A stretch of 64,000 nt of DNA from Camelus dromedarius. Taxonomy: Eukaryota. Positions within the stretch are counted from its first letter, which is position 1. Each line of letters opens with the position of its first letter. The translations under genes were made by a program, and so were the position numbers. The stretch is from NCBI RefSeq assembly GCF_036321535.1, contig NC_087436.1, positions 99,450,001-99,514,000 of the forward strand, in the 5' to 3' direction. The notes beneath the pieces are model-generated. The model was not told the DNA's origin and ran no database searches. It saw only the letters and a program-made list of their open reading frames with translations. Below are positions 26,560-40,535 of the stretch, piece by piece.

Positions 26560-29487
26560 GTTTTTAATAAATAAATTTGATTTTTTAAAAGCAATTTTAG
26601 GTTCACAGCAAAATTGAGTAAAATATACAAAAGAGTTACCATTTACAGCCATTTCCCACACATGTATACACAGTATTGATACTTTGCACCATGGAGGTGC
26701 ATTTGCTACAATCAGTGAATCTGCATTGACATTACTTTATCAGACAAACTCCATAGTTTACGTAAGTGTTCACTCAGAGTGTTGTACATTCTGAGTTTTG
26801 ACAAATGTGTAATGGCATGTATCAACTGTTGTAGTATCATACAGAATAATTTCACTGTTATAAAAATCCTCTGTACTCTGCTACCCTCTCCCCTAATACA
26901 ACCAAAGATTTTTTTACTTTCTCCATAATTTTGCCTTTTCCACAGTGACAAATAGTTGGAATCATACAGTATGAATGTAGCATTTTCAGATTGGATTATT
27001 TCAATTAGTAATATGCATTTAAGTTTTCTTCATATCTATTTGTTGTTTGATATCTCATTATTTTTAATGCTGAATAATATTCTATTTCTAAATGTACAAT
27101 AGTTTATTTATTCATTCACCTCCTAAAGGAATCTTGATTTCTTCTAAGTTTGGCAAGTATGAATAAAGCTGCTATAAACATCCGTGTGCAGGTTTTTGTG
27201 TGGGCATAAGTTTTCAGTTCCTTTTGGTAAGTATCAAGGAACAGAATTCCTGGATCCTCTGGTAGGAGCATGTATAGTTTTCTAAGAAACTATCAACCTG
27301 TCTGCCAAAGTGGCTGTACTATTTTGTATTTCAACTAGCAATGAATGAGAGTTCCCATTATTCCACACCCTCTCCAGGATTTGGTGTTGTCACTGTTTTG
27401 GAGTGTGGCCATTCTAATAGCTGTGTAGTGATATCTCAATGTTGATTTAATTTGCAGTATCCTAATAACATGATATGGAGCATCTTTTCATATTCTTATT
27501 TGCCTTTTGTACATCTTCTTTGGTGAGTGCTCTGTTAAGGGCTTTAGTCCATTTTTTAAAATTGGTTATTTGTTTTCTTATTTTTGAGTTTTAAGAATTC
27601 TTTGTATATTTTGAATAACAGTTCTTTACCTGCTGTGGTTTTTACAAATATTTTTACTCAGTCTGTGGTTTGTATCTCATATTCTGTTGCAAAGCAGGAA
27701 TTTTAAATTTTAATGCAGTCCAATTTATCAATTATTTCCTTCATGGCTCATACCTGTAGTGTATCTAGAAAGTCATTGTATACTCAAGGTTATATAGATT
27801 TTCTCCTGTTGTCTTCTAGGTGTTTTATAGTTTTATAGTTTACATATAAGTCTATGATCCATTTTGAGTTAATTTTTGTGAAGGATGGAAGTTCTGTTCT
27901 AGATTCATTTTTATGTGTGGGTATCCATTGTTTCATCACCATTTACTAGAAGGACTATCTCTGCTCCATTTTATTGCCTGCTTTGTGAAAAATTAGTTGA
28001 CTGTATTTATGTGGGTCTATTCTGGGCTCTCTGTTCTGTACCATTGAAATACTAGTTTTGTTTTGTTTTGTTTTGTTTTGTTTTGACAAAACTATAGTGT
28101 CTTAATTACTGTAGCTTTTTGGTAAATCTTAAAGTAGAGTATGTCAGTCCTTTGACTTTAGTCTTCTTCAGTATTGAATGGCTATTCTTGGTCTTTTGCC
28201 TCTCCATGTAAACTTTAGGATTAGCTTCCTGATACCCATGAAAACAAAATACAAATTTGATTGTGACTGCGTTGAATATATAGATTAACTTGGAAAGAAG
28301 TGACATCCTGGCAATATTGAGTTGTTCTTTCTATGAACGTGGACCATCTCCATATTTACTTAGTTCTTCTTTGATATCTTTGATCAGAGTTTTGTAGTTT
28401 TCTGCATATAGACCTTGTACACATTATATTAAAATTATACCAAAGTATTTCATATTTGGGGTGCTCATGTAAATGGTATTATGCTTTTAATTTCAAATTC
28501 CACTTGTTTATTGCTACTATATAGGAAAGCAAAAGACTTTATGTATTAACTTTGTCTCTTTTAACCTTGTAATAATTGCTTATTAGTTTCAGGAGGTTTT
28601 GAAAATCAGTTCTTTCAGACTTTCTACCATACACCGTTGTGTCATCTGCGAACAAAGACGATTTTATTTTTTTCTCTAATCCATGTAACTTTAATTTCTT
28701 TTCTAATTGTGTCACTAGGGCTTTCAGTATGATGTTGAAAAGCAATAATGAGAGAGGGTATCCTTGCCTTTTTTGTGATCTTAATAGGAAAGCTTTGAGA
28801 TTCTCATGATTAACTACAATACTAACTATAGGGCTTTTGTAAGTGTTCCTTATTAAGTTGAGGAAGTTTCCCTCTATGACTAATTAACTGCGAGTTTTAA
28901 GGATGTATCAGTATTGGATTTTGTCAAATGCTTTTTCTGCATATATTGGTAAGATATGAGATTTTTTCTTTTTTAGTGTGTTGATTTGATGGATTACCTT
29001 AATTGATTTTCAAATTTTAAAACAGTCTTGCATTTCCAAGTGCAAATTTGACTTGGTTGTGGTTTGTAATTGTTTTCATACATTGTTGAATTCAGTTTGC
29101 TAATATTTTGTTGAAGATGTTTGCATTGATGTTCATGAAAGATATTGGTCTGTGGTTTTCATTTCTTGTAATGTCTTTGTCTGGTTTGGTATTAGGGTGA
29201 TGCTGGCCTCATAGGGTAAGTTAGGAAATATTCCCTCTGTTTCTGTATTCAGGAAGAGATTGTGAGAATATTTTCCTTAAATATTTGGTAGAATTCACCT
29301 CTCAGGGCTTGGTGCTTTCTATTTTAGAAGGTTTCAATTATTGATTCAATGTCTTTAATCAATATAGTCCTATTCAGATTCTCTGCTTCTTCTGGTCTGA
29401 ATTTTGGCAGATTGTGTCTTTTAAGAATTCATTCCTTTTCATCGGGTTATTAAATTTGTGTGCATAGTTTCTTATAATACCCTTTAT
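26560..29487 (-). mobile_element. Ancient L1 (L1MC-like) 3' UTR + decayed ORF2
   Basis: 3' end 'gcaattttaggttcacagcaaaattgag'; minus-strand ORF fragments 28106-28306 and 28539-28745 (SLFADD) are L1 RT remnants. Confidence 0.85.
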
Positions 29488-30005
29488 GGAGTTTAGTATT
29501 TCCCTTCTACCAGGTAGGTTAGGCTCTGATAAAACCCTAGCAGGTTAGATTTTGGTAAAATAGTTTGTCCTGCAGACAGGCCTTTTTAAGAGCAGAATAT
29601 TCTGCAGTATTTTTAAAAGGTTATTTTTCCATACCCCTGCCAGAAGCATGAGGGAATTTTTCCCCAATATTCATTGTGAGGACCTGGTAAATCTTCTGGA
29701 GTAAATCTCACAAAAGCCTAGGGGCCTCCTTGACAGAGTTCCCCTGGAGTTTTTAACACTCAGAGTTGTCCATACTGAGCCTTCTGCAATTTGTCAATTA
29801 CTGTTCAAGTTTTTCTACCCCAGCACTGGTTCCTAGATAAGTTTCTGCTCTTAAAAGTTGTGATTCTCTGTAACGGCTTGTCTGTATCTCCAAATTTTTT
29901 GTGCAGTGATTGGCCTTACTTTTCTGACAGATCTAAAAAGAATTGTTGGTTTTTCAGTTTGTTCAGCTTTTTCACTTTTTGTTAGTTTAGAATGGTGACT
30001 TCTAA
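29488..30005 (-). mobile_element. Ancient L1 5'-end segment (L1MC/L1MD 5' end-like)
   Basis: 'ttaggctctgataaaaccctagcagg...ttttcagtttgttcagcttttt...ggtgacttc' recalls L1MC/MD 5' ends. Confidence 0.55.
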
Positions 30006-30062
30006 GTTTTATTGAAGTAGAGTCAGTTTATAATGCTGTGTCAATTTCTGGTGTACAGCACA
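30006..30062 (-). mobile_element. Tiny L1 3'-terminal fragment
   Basis: 'tttttattgaagtagagtcagtttataatgctgtgtcaatttctggtgtacagca' is the near reverse complement of 26137-26191. Confidence 0.75.
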
Positions 30063-31589
30063 AATTCTGCATGAGTATTGTACAACTGTAATGTTGTACG
30101 GGCAGTTGAGTATTTTGGCTCTTGAATGCCAACAGGGGGTGTCTGATAAATAATATAAATTTGGTAATGTCCAGCACATAAATGCAAATCCTCATATTAG
30201 ACTGCAGATTTCTTGATTTCCAGTTTAGAATCGGGTCAGCACTTTACTTGCAATTTTTTTTCCTGTTGACTGCCATATAATATGGTTATCGACAGGTTCT
30301 TCAGAATGAATGACAAAGACTAGGTTGATTCTACATAGAGGCAAAATTGGATTGACATTTGAGTTGTGGAAGTAAAAAAAGAAATACAAAGGAGAAAGAA
30401 TAAAGAATTATCTTGACTCGTGGAGATGTACTCATATCCTGTAACTCCAAAACAGGGATGGTTCTCAGGATCTGTTAATACTAAAGGTAGGAACCAGACT
30501 TAGTTAAGGTTACTGTGAGCACTTCAATGACACCTATTAATGCTCCTGACTAAAGAGCCAGAACTTGATGTCAGATCTGCTTAATTATATTCCTTGACCG
30601 GATTCAGAGGCAGCAGGTCAATACCTGAATAGGATTTAGCAAAACCCGATGACAATGTGCATATATAATTTTGTACTGTGAAATTCACATACATCCTTGA
30701 ATATAAAAAGGCACATTTACATCTGTCCTCTTTCTTGATTCTGACAGAATCTGTATCTAATTAGTATCCACATTTAGCAGAAAGAACTTGAGGCCAAGTG
30801 TGGTTAGAGACTTTCCCAATGTCAAGCAAAACGGAAGTAGTGGAGATGGAACTAGTTGTTTCAATCAAAATCTCATGTTCTTTCCTCTTCTTCCTGGGCT
30901 GAAATAGAACACATAAATTTATTCTTGACATACCAGCTTATTTGTCACAAATACTGTAATTTGGGTTGAGAAACCTATAATTGAAGGAAAGTGTAAAATT
31001 CAGATAGAAGACCCCCAAAACACCTTTTTTTTAGACTCATGGTAATCTGTTTTCTCATAAAAATTTGCACATATGCAGGGTTATTGTAATCAGAATACCC
31101 AGTGGAATTCACACACTCATTAAACTCCTCAAGCAGAGAGCAGTATAAACTAACACAGTGGAAATAAGGTCAGTGAACATAATGAGTGAAACACCTTACG
31201 AAGGAAAATTGGTGTGTAGCCTTAAAATCCTCATTTTCTACAGTTTGAGAAAATGTGACTAGCTGCTTGTTTAAATTACTGCTGTGTAGCAGTGGTCATG
31301 CCATTTGGAAGCAGAGATACACAACTGGCGGAGTTGCTAGGAGGCACAGATGTGTCAAAAGAGTTTGTTAAATGTTACCCATTTTCCAATTGCTGGCAGT
31401 TTTCTTCAGTCATGAGACTTTCAAAAGACCCCTCTCCCACATATGGTGAACCCTGTGTCTAAGAATTATCAATAGATGGACATTATGTGTTGAAGGATTA
31501 CTATAGCACAACATGAAAAGTGCTTGTGATTTGTAAAGTGTTATGTCATTGAAAGTCATTTTTTTCATTAATGTTTTCACTCTTCTACA

Positions 31590-32200
31590 AAATTTATTAG
31601 GCAGCTAGTACATGTCAGATACTCTGGTATCACAGAAAAAAGAAAATGCATGAATTGTGGTGCCTACTTTCAAGGGGTCTGTTAGGTGAAGCAGAGAAAA
31701 TTGCACTCAAATCTGGTAAATACTTTGATAGTTATATGAACAATATTTTGTAGGAGCATATAGACCTCCCCTAGGGAGATGAGAGACTCTTCCCTGAAGG
31801 GGCATCATTTAAAGTGAGGGATGGAAAATGATAGGACTTGGAAGGAGTGTAAGACAGGGAAATTGGGAAATTGAATAGAGGTAAGCAATAGCAAAGGTGT
31901 AGAGTTATGAAATACTATCGTGTGTGCAGAGACAAATGACATCACTCTGATGGCGGTATGGGCTGTAGGATAGTTGATGAATATGGAGAAGTACGTGCAC
32001 ACCAGACTGCAAAATTAAATACTGCAGAATTTGTGCCTTCTCTCATAAGCAACAGAAACTTAACCTAGGTCTTCCATCAGGGGAGCTTTGTAATTTTATT
32101 TGTTCTTCTCTGATAACTGGGGGAAATATGGAACATATATAGGGGTGGAGAAGATTAGTGGCAAAGAGGTTACTTCTTAAAATAAAACTGTATGAATTTT
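31590..32200 (-). mobile_element. L2 fragment
   Basis: 'aaatttattaggcagctagtacatgtcagatact' followed by antisense L2-like sequence. Confidence 0.5.
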
Positions 32201-33239
32201 GCTATTGGAAGTATTCTAAAATAAGCTCCCCAAATAGGTCTCTTTACCATCTTCAATTATACTCAACACAGCATATAATATAACTTAGTTTTGGGTCTGG
32301 TCTAAGTCACATCAACATTGACCAGGAGAGTAGCAATAGAAAAACAATTGATCTTCTTGAGACTCAGGTGCCTTATCTACAAGTGAGAATTTTCGTCTAG
32401 ATGTTCTCTAAAGACCTGTCTGTTCTAATATTTTATAAGGTACTGTTACCTAGGGGTGCTTAGCACATTATCACAAATGGGTGCACAGGTTTATTTGTGA
32501 CATTTTGTGTAGTATCCAGGAAAAACAGGTTTTGATTAGGGGCATTTTAACGGGGTGCAACCGAGGAAGCTAACATTTTCTTGCCCTGACTTGAACTTCA
32601 TGAAGGAAGCAAACAGAGAATAAAACATAACTTATGCTTTGTGAAATGCATATTCTTAATAAAATAAATGAAACTAATTATTTTCAGTCAAATATTAGAA
32701 CATTCAAGCTGGTTTTCCTCAATAGTGACTTTTGGTAGGAATTTCCACTTATTTACATTTACATTTGACATACTCTCGTGGAAAAGAATTTAGGATTAGG
32801 ATTCAGGAGATTAGATTCTAGACTTTGTTCTGCCTCTAAGCAGAGGGGTGTAAGTTTTAGATGTTTTTTAATCATTGTATTTCATTACTCTGTGCCTGTT
32901 TGTTCATTTATGATATAGGAGTGGTGTCTGTCAGACCTAACTATAATATGGATGTTTTTGTGAATATACATTGAGAGAAGGTATTTATATATGTTTAAAA
33001 TGCTGAAATTTTCAATTTTTTCTTATTGGTAAAAATGTCATTATCCTATACTTTTTTCCTGGGAAATTTCAAGGCATAATGAAATTTTAGTAAGTTACAG
33101 CTACAAAGAAATACACTAGACATTATAAGTTATCACAAAGATTTCTCATCTTCTTTCCACATGGCTCTTTGAATAACCATGGCTGCATGACTAGCTGTGA
33201 CCAGAGTAATGTGTAGGAAAGAGTCATATATCACTTCCA

Positions 33240-34052
33240 TTTTTAAAAGAAAACCAAGCTGGACAATTGTTGAAGTGGTAAAAACTGATTTTATTCAGGC
33301 CCTAGTACAACAGAGGGGAAAAAAACCAAAGTATATAATTAGGCTCAATTTCAAATTCAACAAGAGAAACTGACGATTTATAGTTAAGGAGCAGGGTTGG
33401 TGGTGGTGGTGGTGGATGTTCTGTGGATAGACAGTTCCTAAGGGAATAGAGAGATTCTTGCCAAACTGATCTAAAAGAATTCTTGCTGAGGGCAAGCCAA
33501 AGTGATGAAATATTTGCTGGGGGAATTAGTCTGTTGGTATACTATAACAGAATATCATAGACTAGGTAGCTTATAAAAAACAAATTTATTCCTCACTGTT
33601 CTGAAGACTTGAGACTCCTCAATCACGGAGCTAGCAAAGTCAGTACCTGGTGAGGTTCTGCTTTCTGCTTCATAGAAGGCACCCTCTTGCTGTAACTTCA
33701 CCTCGGTGAGAAGATCAAGGGGTTTCTCTGGGGTCTGCTTTATAGGGGCGCTGATCCTATACCTGAAGGCTCCACCCTCATGACCTAATCACCTCCCAAA
33801 GGTTCCACCTCCTAATAACATCCCACTGGGAATTAGGTTCCCAAGTATTCACCCTGTAGTAGTGGGGGTTGAGGAATTTGATCAGATATCAAGGATGATC
33901 AGATATTGAGGGTGGGGGATTCTTGCTAAACTGACTTAACAAGACCCTTGCTACAACTGGGTTCTTGAAGCCAAGACCCAAGGACAGAGCCTAGTTGAAA
34001 AAGGAATCTGAGGACTCTATCTAGAGTTTGGTCAAGAAGGGAGTCTTTGTCA
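33240..34052 (-). mobile_element. ERV1 LTR, MER31-like
   Basis: Minus strand begins 'tgacaaagactcccttcttgaccaaactctag', like the recalled MER31/MER67 consensus start. Confidence 0.7.
33522..33861 (-). mobile_element. MLT1A-like LTR nested in the MER31-like LTR
   Basis: 'atcatagactaggtagctta...ggctccaccctcatgacctaatcacctcccaaagg'; 5-bp flanks ctggg / gtggg. Confidence 0.75.
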
Positions 34053-37000
34053 GTTACAAAGCATATAATTGCTTACGCACAACCCACCTTCATTCTCTTG
34101 CATCACTGAAGAAAGCTACATGTTGTAGATAATATAGCAACAGCATCCTCACTCCCAGTCCCCAAGGAGCTTCATAGAGGACAGTGACCATAGAGAGTTG
34201 CCTGGATCTTCAAAGAATTTGTATGAACTTAAAACAAAAGAGAGTGCCAATGAAGATTTTGATTTTTTTACCCATTATATCAGCATAGCCTTGCTTATCC
34301 TAGTGATACCAGGATGCTTTAAGATCCTAGTTAGTTTGTGTAATTTTCTAACAGAGGAGCTGATTTCTAGAAAGTTTATAACTAACTTGCATAAAGTCAC
34401 CTGTCTACCTAGGAGTAAATCTGTAACCAGAAACAATGTCTATCTACTGATGTACTGGGTTTTCATTATTAAAAAAGGAATACCTTCTTTAACATAGATC
34501 TTTCACAGTTTAAGATGAAAGAATTTTTTGTTGTTGTTGGAAGGTATGCATAACATGCTTTAAAGGACAGAAAAATATATACTAATGTATATATTTTAAT
34601 AATAATAGATTTCATTCAACTACAGTTTTCCAAGCAACCATTTTCCAGGGAGACATTTCTCTTGTACTTATAAGAAGTCAGATGAGTATCAAAATCTTGC
34701 CATTAGTCTCATTTACATAATGAAAATTTAAAACAAATGAACAAAAAGCTGAATGTGGCAGATTATTTGACAGGTACCAAGTAAAGTAATTAGTGATTCA
34801 ATATCAAAGCTGGAGAAAATTTAATGTATTTGACTGTAATAAGCTATGAAATATGTTCTTTGTGTATATCTATGAAAGTAAATAATAGTGTCTTTAATAG
34901 AGTTCCAGAATTAATGACATATTTTCATGTATGCTAAAGTCAACAAAAATAAATTATCTTCATTTTGAATAAAATCCAGTATTGTTACCATAAATGTATT
35001 ATTATTATTATTTTTTTTAACTTTTGGGAAACTTGGGTTAATATACTGGCACTTTAGCTGCTTTAGGAACTAAATTAGAATCATCAAAATTGCAAAGTTT
35101 AGAGCAAAATTGATTGAGATATTACTACCATTTTCTAATAAACTTTGGCAAACATATCCCTGCTATGAATAGAATGAGTCAGTAGAATGATGATGCAGAA
35201 TGATATACCTGAAGTGTTCTATATGTATAAATGGAAGTGAATAAATCGAGACTCTTATGGACAACTTTTAACCTACCATCTTTCAGTAAATACATCCCCA
35301 GTTGATGCTTCTTTGAAAAATTTAGAACTCAGAAACCCTCTAAGTATTCCCTGAGTAATAAAAATTCTGTGTTCATATTTATTCTAATATACCAATTATA
35401 ACTTTTATTGTTTTAAAATTAAATATATTATAAATGGGGGGAAACTTTTATCAGCATATTCAGTTTTACTTGAGAAAATAAGTCTGGAAACTTAGGTTCA
35501 AATATGGTGCTTATATGAGCAAAGCATGCATACTCTGAGTCACAGTTGGAAGAAATACTCTACTAAGTCAGTTCCTCTAAGTATCTACTTTTACTTTTCT
35601 TATCCAGATGTCAAAATCAAAGGAAAATATCTTTAAACCGTTTTACCATGCCAAATTTAAGAATTTCAAAAAGTCGAAACACCAAAATGTTCACAAATCT
35701 ATCATCTATTATCTCCTTACCTTTCTTTCTCACTATCATATATGTAGACATATATTTTATTTTTTTAATTGTCCACTATTTTTTGCCTATACTGTTATTA
35801 GATGTGGTTAGCCTTCCACTTGAAAATACTATAATGAGTAATTCCTGTAGATGTCTTTGTTTTACCACTTGAACTCTTAGAAAAGTGTGCTATGTAATCA
35901 CACTCACAATATGAGAGAAAGATAGCCTCTGTGAGAAATCCCCAGGCCATTGAGACTAAAGTACACAGTTTGTGAAGTACTCTGTCTTTCTCAGAAGACC
36001 AATACTCAAAAATCAACATTGCATGAACTAATAAGTCTAAATCCTATTCAAGCAGAATTCTCCCAGGGACAATCATTGAGATTCCTTGTACAAGTTGTGC
36101 AAGCAATATATTAAGGCCTTCTAGTTACTAAAGTTGTATATTTCTTTAACTTGGCAGAAATATGCCAGAGGTAAACTCTCTGTTAAAAAATATCCTCAAG
36201 GGGTTATGTTGTCTTAAATAATTTCCGCGTCTCTATGGATCTGCATATAATGATACCTCGTTTACTTAGTTCTCTGGTAATGAAGCTTTATAACCATCAA
36301 CCAACTCAAACAGAAGGAAAGAGACTGACATAATTCTTGGGAAATGAAATAGATGTGGCAGTCCACAGGTTAAAGCTTTGAGTATAAAGAATGCTGTTTT
36401 TCCCTCCTCAATGCAACTCCTGCCATATAGCACCAGGGAAATCTGTTTAGAAAGCTAAGTAGGTCAGAATGGGCTTGCAGACATTTAGCAAAGGGGAAAA
36501 CCTGATTTCCATCACTCAAGCAGTTGGAGAGCCTCCTAAAGAAAGGCAAGTCACCTGGTGATGAAGAGCCCTGGGCTAAGTCCTCTTCCTATATTCTCAG
36601 CTCTAACATTTAACACCATCGTTGCCTCAGAGCTGCAGGGAAACATGACTCACTTCATCTTGGATTTCATCTCTAATTTAATATTCACATTATTTGTAAC
36701 TCACGTAGTTATATCACAAAACATACCATGGGCATTAGAACACACTCACTCTACTCTGTCGTGAGAGCAATCATGTTTGATGATTCTGGTAACAGTAAAT
36801 TATCTACAAAAATAATTTTGTGTGAAGTAAAACATAATGTGTGTAGAATCAGACTTTTTTTTTGAATGCAGAATTTTCCATTGGTCGAACTTGAGGAGAG
36901 TTTACTTAAAATCGCTTTGCTCCGTTTCTACCTCTAGAAGGCAGGTATAATAAGAGTTGCTAGGTTTCTGTGAGGAGCAAATGTGAAAGTGTCTGTGGAA

Positions 37001-37141
37001 AAATACTGTGTAAATTTTTAATATTATTGTATTCTCTATTAATGTAACAAACAGTATATACGAAAAATAACTGATGGCCTCCTTTTTGCATTAAATCAGA
37101 GCTTATGAACCTGGGCTAAAGTTGAACTCCTTTTCCTATTT

Positions 37142-37370
37142 TGATGGTCAGAATTGTAAAAATGATCCTCAATGACCCTGGCCTTGAATAATCTCCTCCC
37201 CTTGGGATGTAACTGGAACTGGCAAATATGATGAGCTTTCACTCCTGTGATAATGTTGTATTACACAGCATAGTTAATTTTAAGATAAGGAAACTTTCTA
37301 GGCAGGACTCAATTGCATAAGCCCTTTAAAGGCAGAGAATGTTTTCCAGCTGGTGACAGAAAGGGGATGT
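37142..37370 (+). mobile_element. MaLR LTR 5' fragment (MLT1E/F-like)
   Basis: 'ggtcagaattgtaaaaatgatcctcaatgaccc...ttcactcctgtgataatgttgtattacacagca'. Confidence 0.55.
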
Positions 37371-39204
37371 AAATATAGGATACTAAAACTGAAAAATAAT
37401 GAGTTCCTCTATATTCCTCTTACTCATACTCCTCTTTGTTGTAAAACTGCAGAATTCTTCACCAGCCAAAAAACTTTCTAAGTCCTGCTCATCTAACCAA
37501 ATCAAAGACTATTACATAAAAAAAAAATTAAGAGCTAGTGAAAAGCAGTGTGGGGTCTAGTGTGATATACACCTCCCTAAGAATACTTTTGTCATCTATC
37601 CTAGAGATATTTATTGATATTTCAAGTGTTCCTCCCAACTGGGTTTAGCCTTGATATACCTTGATATGCTTTTTCCCTCTCTGTACCCCCATCTTTTTAT
37701 TTCAAGCACTTATTTTCGCTTTCAAATTAAATTCAGAAGGTGTTGGGTTTCTCTTTCATGTCCAGTCCTATAACTTTACTTTGTTATTTCAAGCGAACTC
37801 TTTCTTGGTAAAAAAAAAATAAAAAATAAAAAATAAATCCCTCTACAACAGGGACATCTGGGAATCCTAGTTAAGAATTAAAGGAAGGTCAATTGTATTT
37901 TCCATAATTTTTTAGAATTCTCTTGTGAATAATGCAGAGGAATTACTTTATACATCAGGAAATTCAGAAAGGTCTCACTTATCAAAAATCTAAGACTTGC
38001 AAGGGACTTGAAAACAGATCTTTTTGTTCAGAATATTCTTATTCTAAAAGTAAGACATTATAATACCTTTTCATCAATGATGCAGGGGAATTGCAAAGGG
38101 TAATCATACTTTTCATAGCTACAGTATTATGTGATTTTGGGAGTAGAAAGAGTAGAGAATAGAAATTACATCTCCTGTCTATTAAAAATTACTTTTTACA
38201 TTAAAACAACACAGAAAATTTCTAAGCCTTAGTCATTTTGGCAGTAAACAGAACAAGTTGATAAAGTTCTGCATACCTATCACTCACAAAACTAAGCACA
38301 GAGAATGAGATAAAGGTGAATCAAACTAAACCCTTTTCCCAGTGGGTTCTTGGGCATTAGAGGAGAAGAAATTTGCACTGGTGACTCTATTACATTATAG
38401 CAAGTGATAAATGCCTTGAGAGAGGAGAAAAGTGCAATAGGTCCAGAGTTAATTGGGAACAGTTGTTTTTGCAGTGGCCGGGAGGGCTCTCAAGGGAAAA
38501 GGAGGATTTGGTATCCTGCCATGCACATTGAAAAAATACTTTCATAAATGAAGGGGTCTAAAAGCATGAACACATCCACAAATAGGTTTACTTCTTGAAC
38601 ACTACCTTAATTTTACTTAATAAAGCTTCAGGTTCTTTAGGAGGAAGGTGAGTTACTTAAGGAGAGAGATTTTTTAATGACATGAATCATTATAAATAAA
38701 TCACATTTTCTGATTTCTGAATGAGCATGGCTTGATATTCATCATATCTTCTGCTTACTTTTTCACGCTAAGATACTCCTACCCTAATTCGAGAATAAGT
38801 AATGCATACAAAATATCATTTAACAATAATTATGATTGTGTCATCTAAATTACAGCACTCATTTACTGTACACTAGACCTTCTTTGAGTTAAGTACTCAC
38901 ATGAATTTTGGCTTTAAATGTTTAAACAACACTGGAGTTTTGTGAGGTAAATACTTTAAAAATACTGGTATTATAATTAGAAAACAAATTCAGTGTTTCT
39001 GACCAGAACATGAGCCATGTTCTTTGATGAATAAATTTTTTTTTATTTGCATACCTGTGTCTCTCTGAACTATAAAATGTAAGCTTCAGAGATGAAAGGA
39101 GTTGGAAATAACCTAGCCCAGTGGTCCTCTAACTACTTCTGGAGGTAGATAAAGGAGGGCTGAATGTATAAGGACCAAGACCCAGAGCTGTTTCATTGAT
39201 GTAA

Positions 39205-40200
39205 GTTTAATCATATTCCTCCCAAATGCAAAATACATGCACTCTTTCCTACGTTTCCCCTGAATCTCATGCCATTATGCATCATACCAAAGCCCAAAAT
39301 CTTATCATCTAAATCAGGCCCTGGAACAGATGAGGTTACTGAATGTAATCCTTTAAATAAAGCTCCTGGGACACACACACAAAAAAAACCTTTTCCATTT
39401 GTGGGTCTATAAAACAAAAGACACGCCATCTGGGTCAGTATTATCTGATAGTAGGGCTGGTATAGGGTATGAGCTATACATGTTAAGTTTAAGGACTAGA
39501 AAATACAAGGTGAAAATAAGACCCTGTTTAATAAAGGTGCCGATCTAGCCGGGAAGATGTTAGGAATTTCTTGATTAGATTTCAAGCCTGAAGAGTAAGG
39601 TTTCTGTGGCTCTTTACTCCATCTTTTGGTTTCTTGGCCCCATCCTTTGAGTCATTTTAACTTTTTATGAAAAGTACATAGTTTATCGGTCTTCTACCTG
39701 CCTATTGTGGATCAGATACTTGTGTATAACAAGGATACTCCTCACCGCAGCTTCCTCACTTGATTTTTGAGCCCTCATCAACAGCGTCTTTAAAGTCCAT
39801 AATTTTACTAACGGTTTGTTCAAGTAAATGTAGAGTTTCTCTATAACACTCCTCAAAATTCTTCCAGCCTCTGCCCATTGCCCAGTCCACCCCCACGTTC
39901 TGAGGTATTTGTCACAATAGCGCCCTACCTCTAGGTATTTAAATGTTTATTAGTTTTTAATTGCTGTATAATGAATTATCACAAAAACAGTGGGGTAAAA
40001 AGACACAGATTTCTTAGTTCCTACGGTCTGTGATTCAGGAGTCTAGGCATGCTTTAATTTGGTCCTTTGATTAGGATCTAACAAAGGGGCAACCAAGGAC
40101 TGGCCCTGGCTGGGTTTTCTTCTGGGTAATTGACTTATGGAGGATCTGTTTCCTTGCTCAGGTAGCTGACAGCATTTATTCCATGCCGCTGTCAGATTCA
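39205..40200 (-). mobile_element. MaLR internal segment joined to an MLT1 LTR
   Basis: Internal/LTR junction 'gaggtatttgtcacaatagcgccctacctctaggta...attagtttttaattgctgtataatgaattatcac' near 39945. Confidence 0.55.
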
Positions 40201-40214
40201 GGGAGACATAGTTC

Positions 40215-40535
40215 TTAATTCCCTCACTTCATTTGTCTCTGCTCAAATGTTACCTCTCAAGAAAGGCTTCCTGAAACGACTCCAGCTCAAACAATTTTTC
40301 CTATTGTTCATATCCCTTTATCTTGCTTTATTTTTGTTCACAGTACTAATACTCTCTGGCATCATATTTTATTTTGTCTGATTTTTATCATATCTGTTTA
40401 CCTATCAGAATGTAAGTTCTGTTAGATTAAGGCTGTGTTACTGCTTTGGTGGTGTTTTTTCACTGCTTTTACCTTGCCATCTAAAGAATGATTCTCATAT
40501 TCTATGGACACAAACAATTTTATTGAATTAATGAA
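40215..40535 (+). mobile_element. L2 3' end
   Basis: 'ctgctcaaatgttacctctcaagaaaggcttccctg...agaatgtaagttc...tattgaattaatgaa'. Confidence 0.65.

Larger units (their letters stand above)
33130..34310 (+). mobile_element. Old MaLR LTR (MLT1J/K-like), split by nested LTRs
   Basis: 'catgactagctgtgaccag...tcacttcc' left of the inserts; 'cagcatagccttgcttatcctagtgatac' right of them. Confidence 0.5.
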
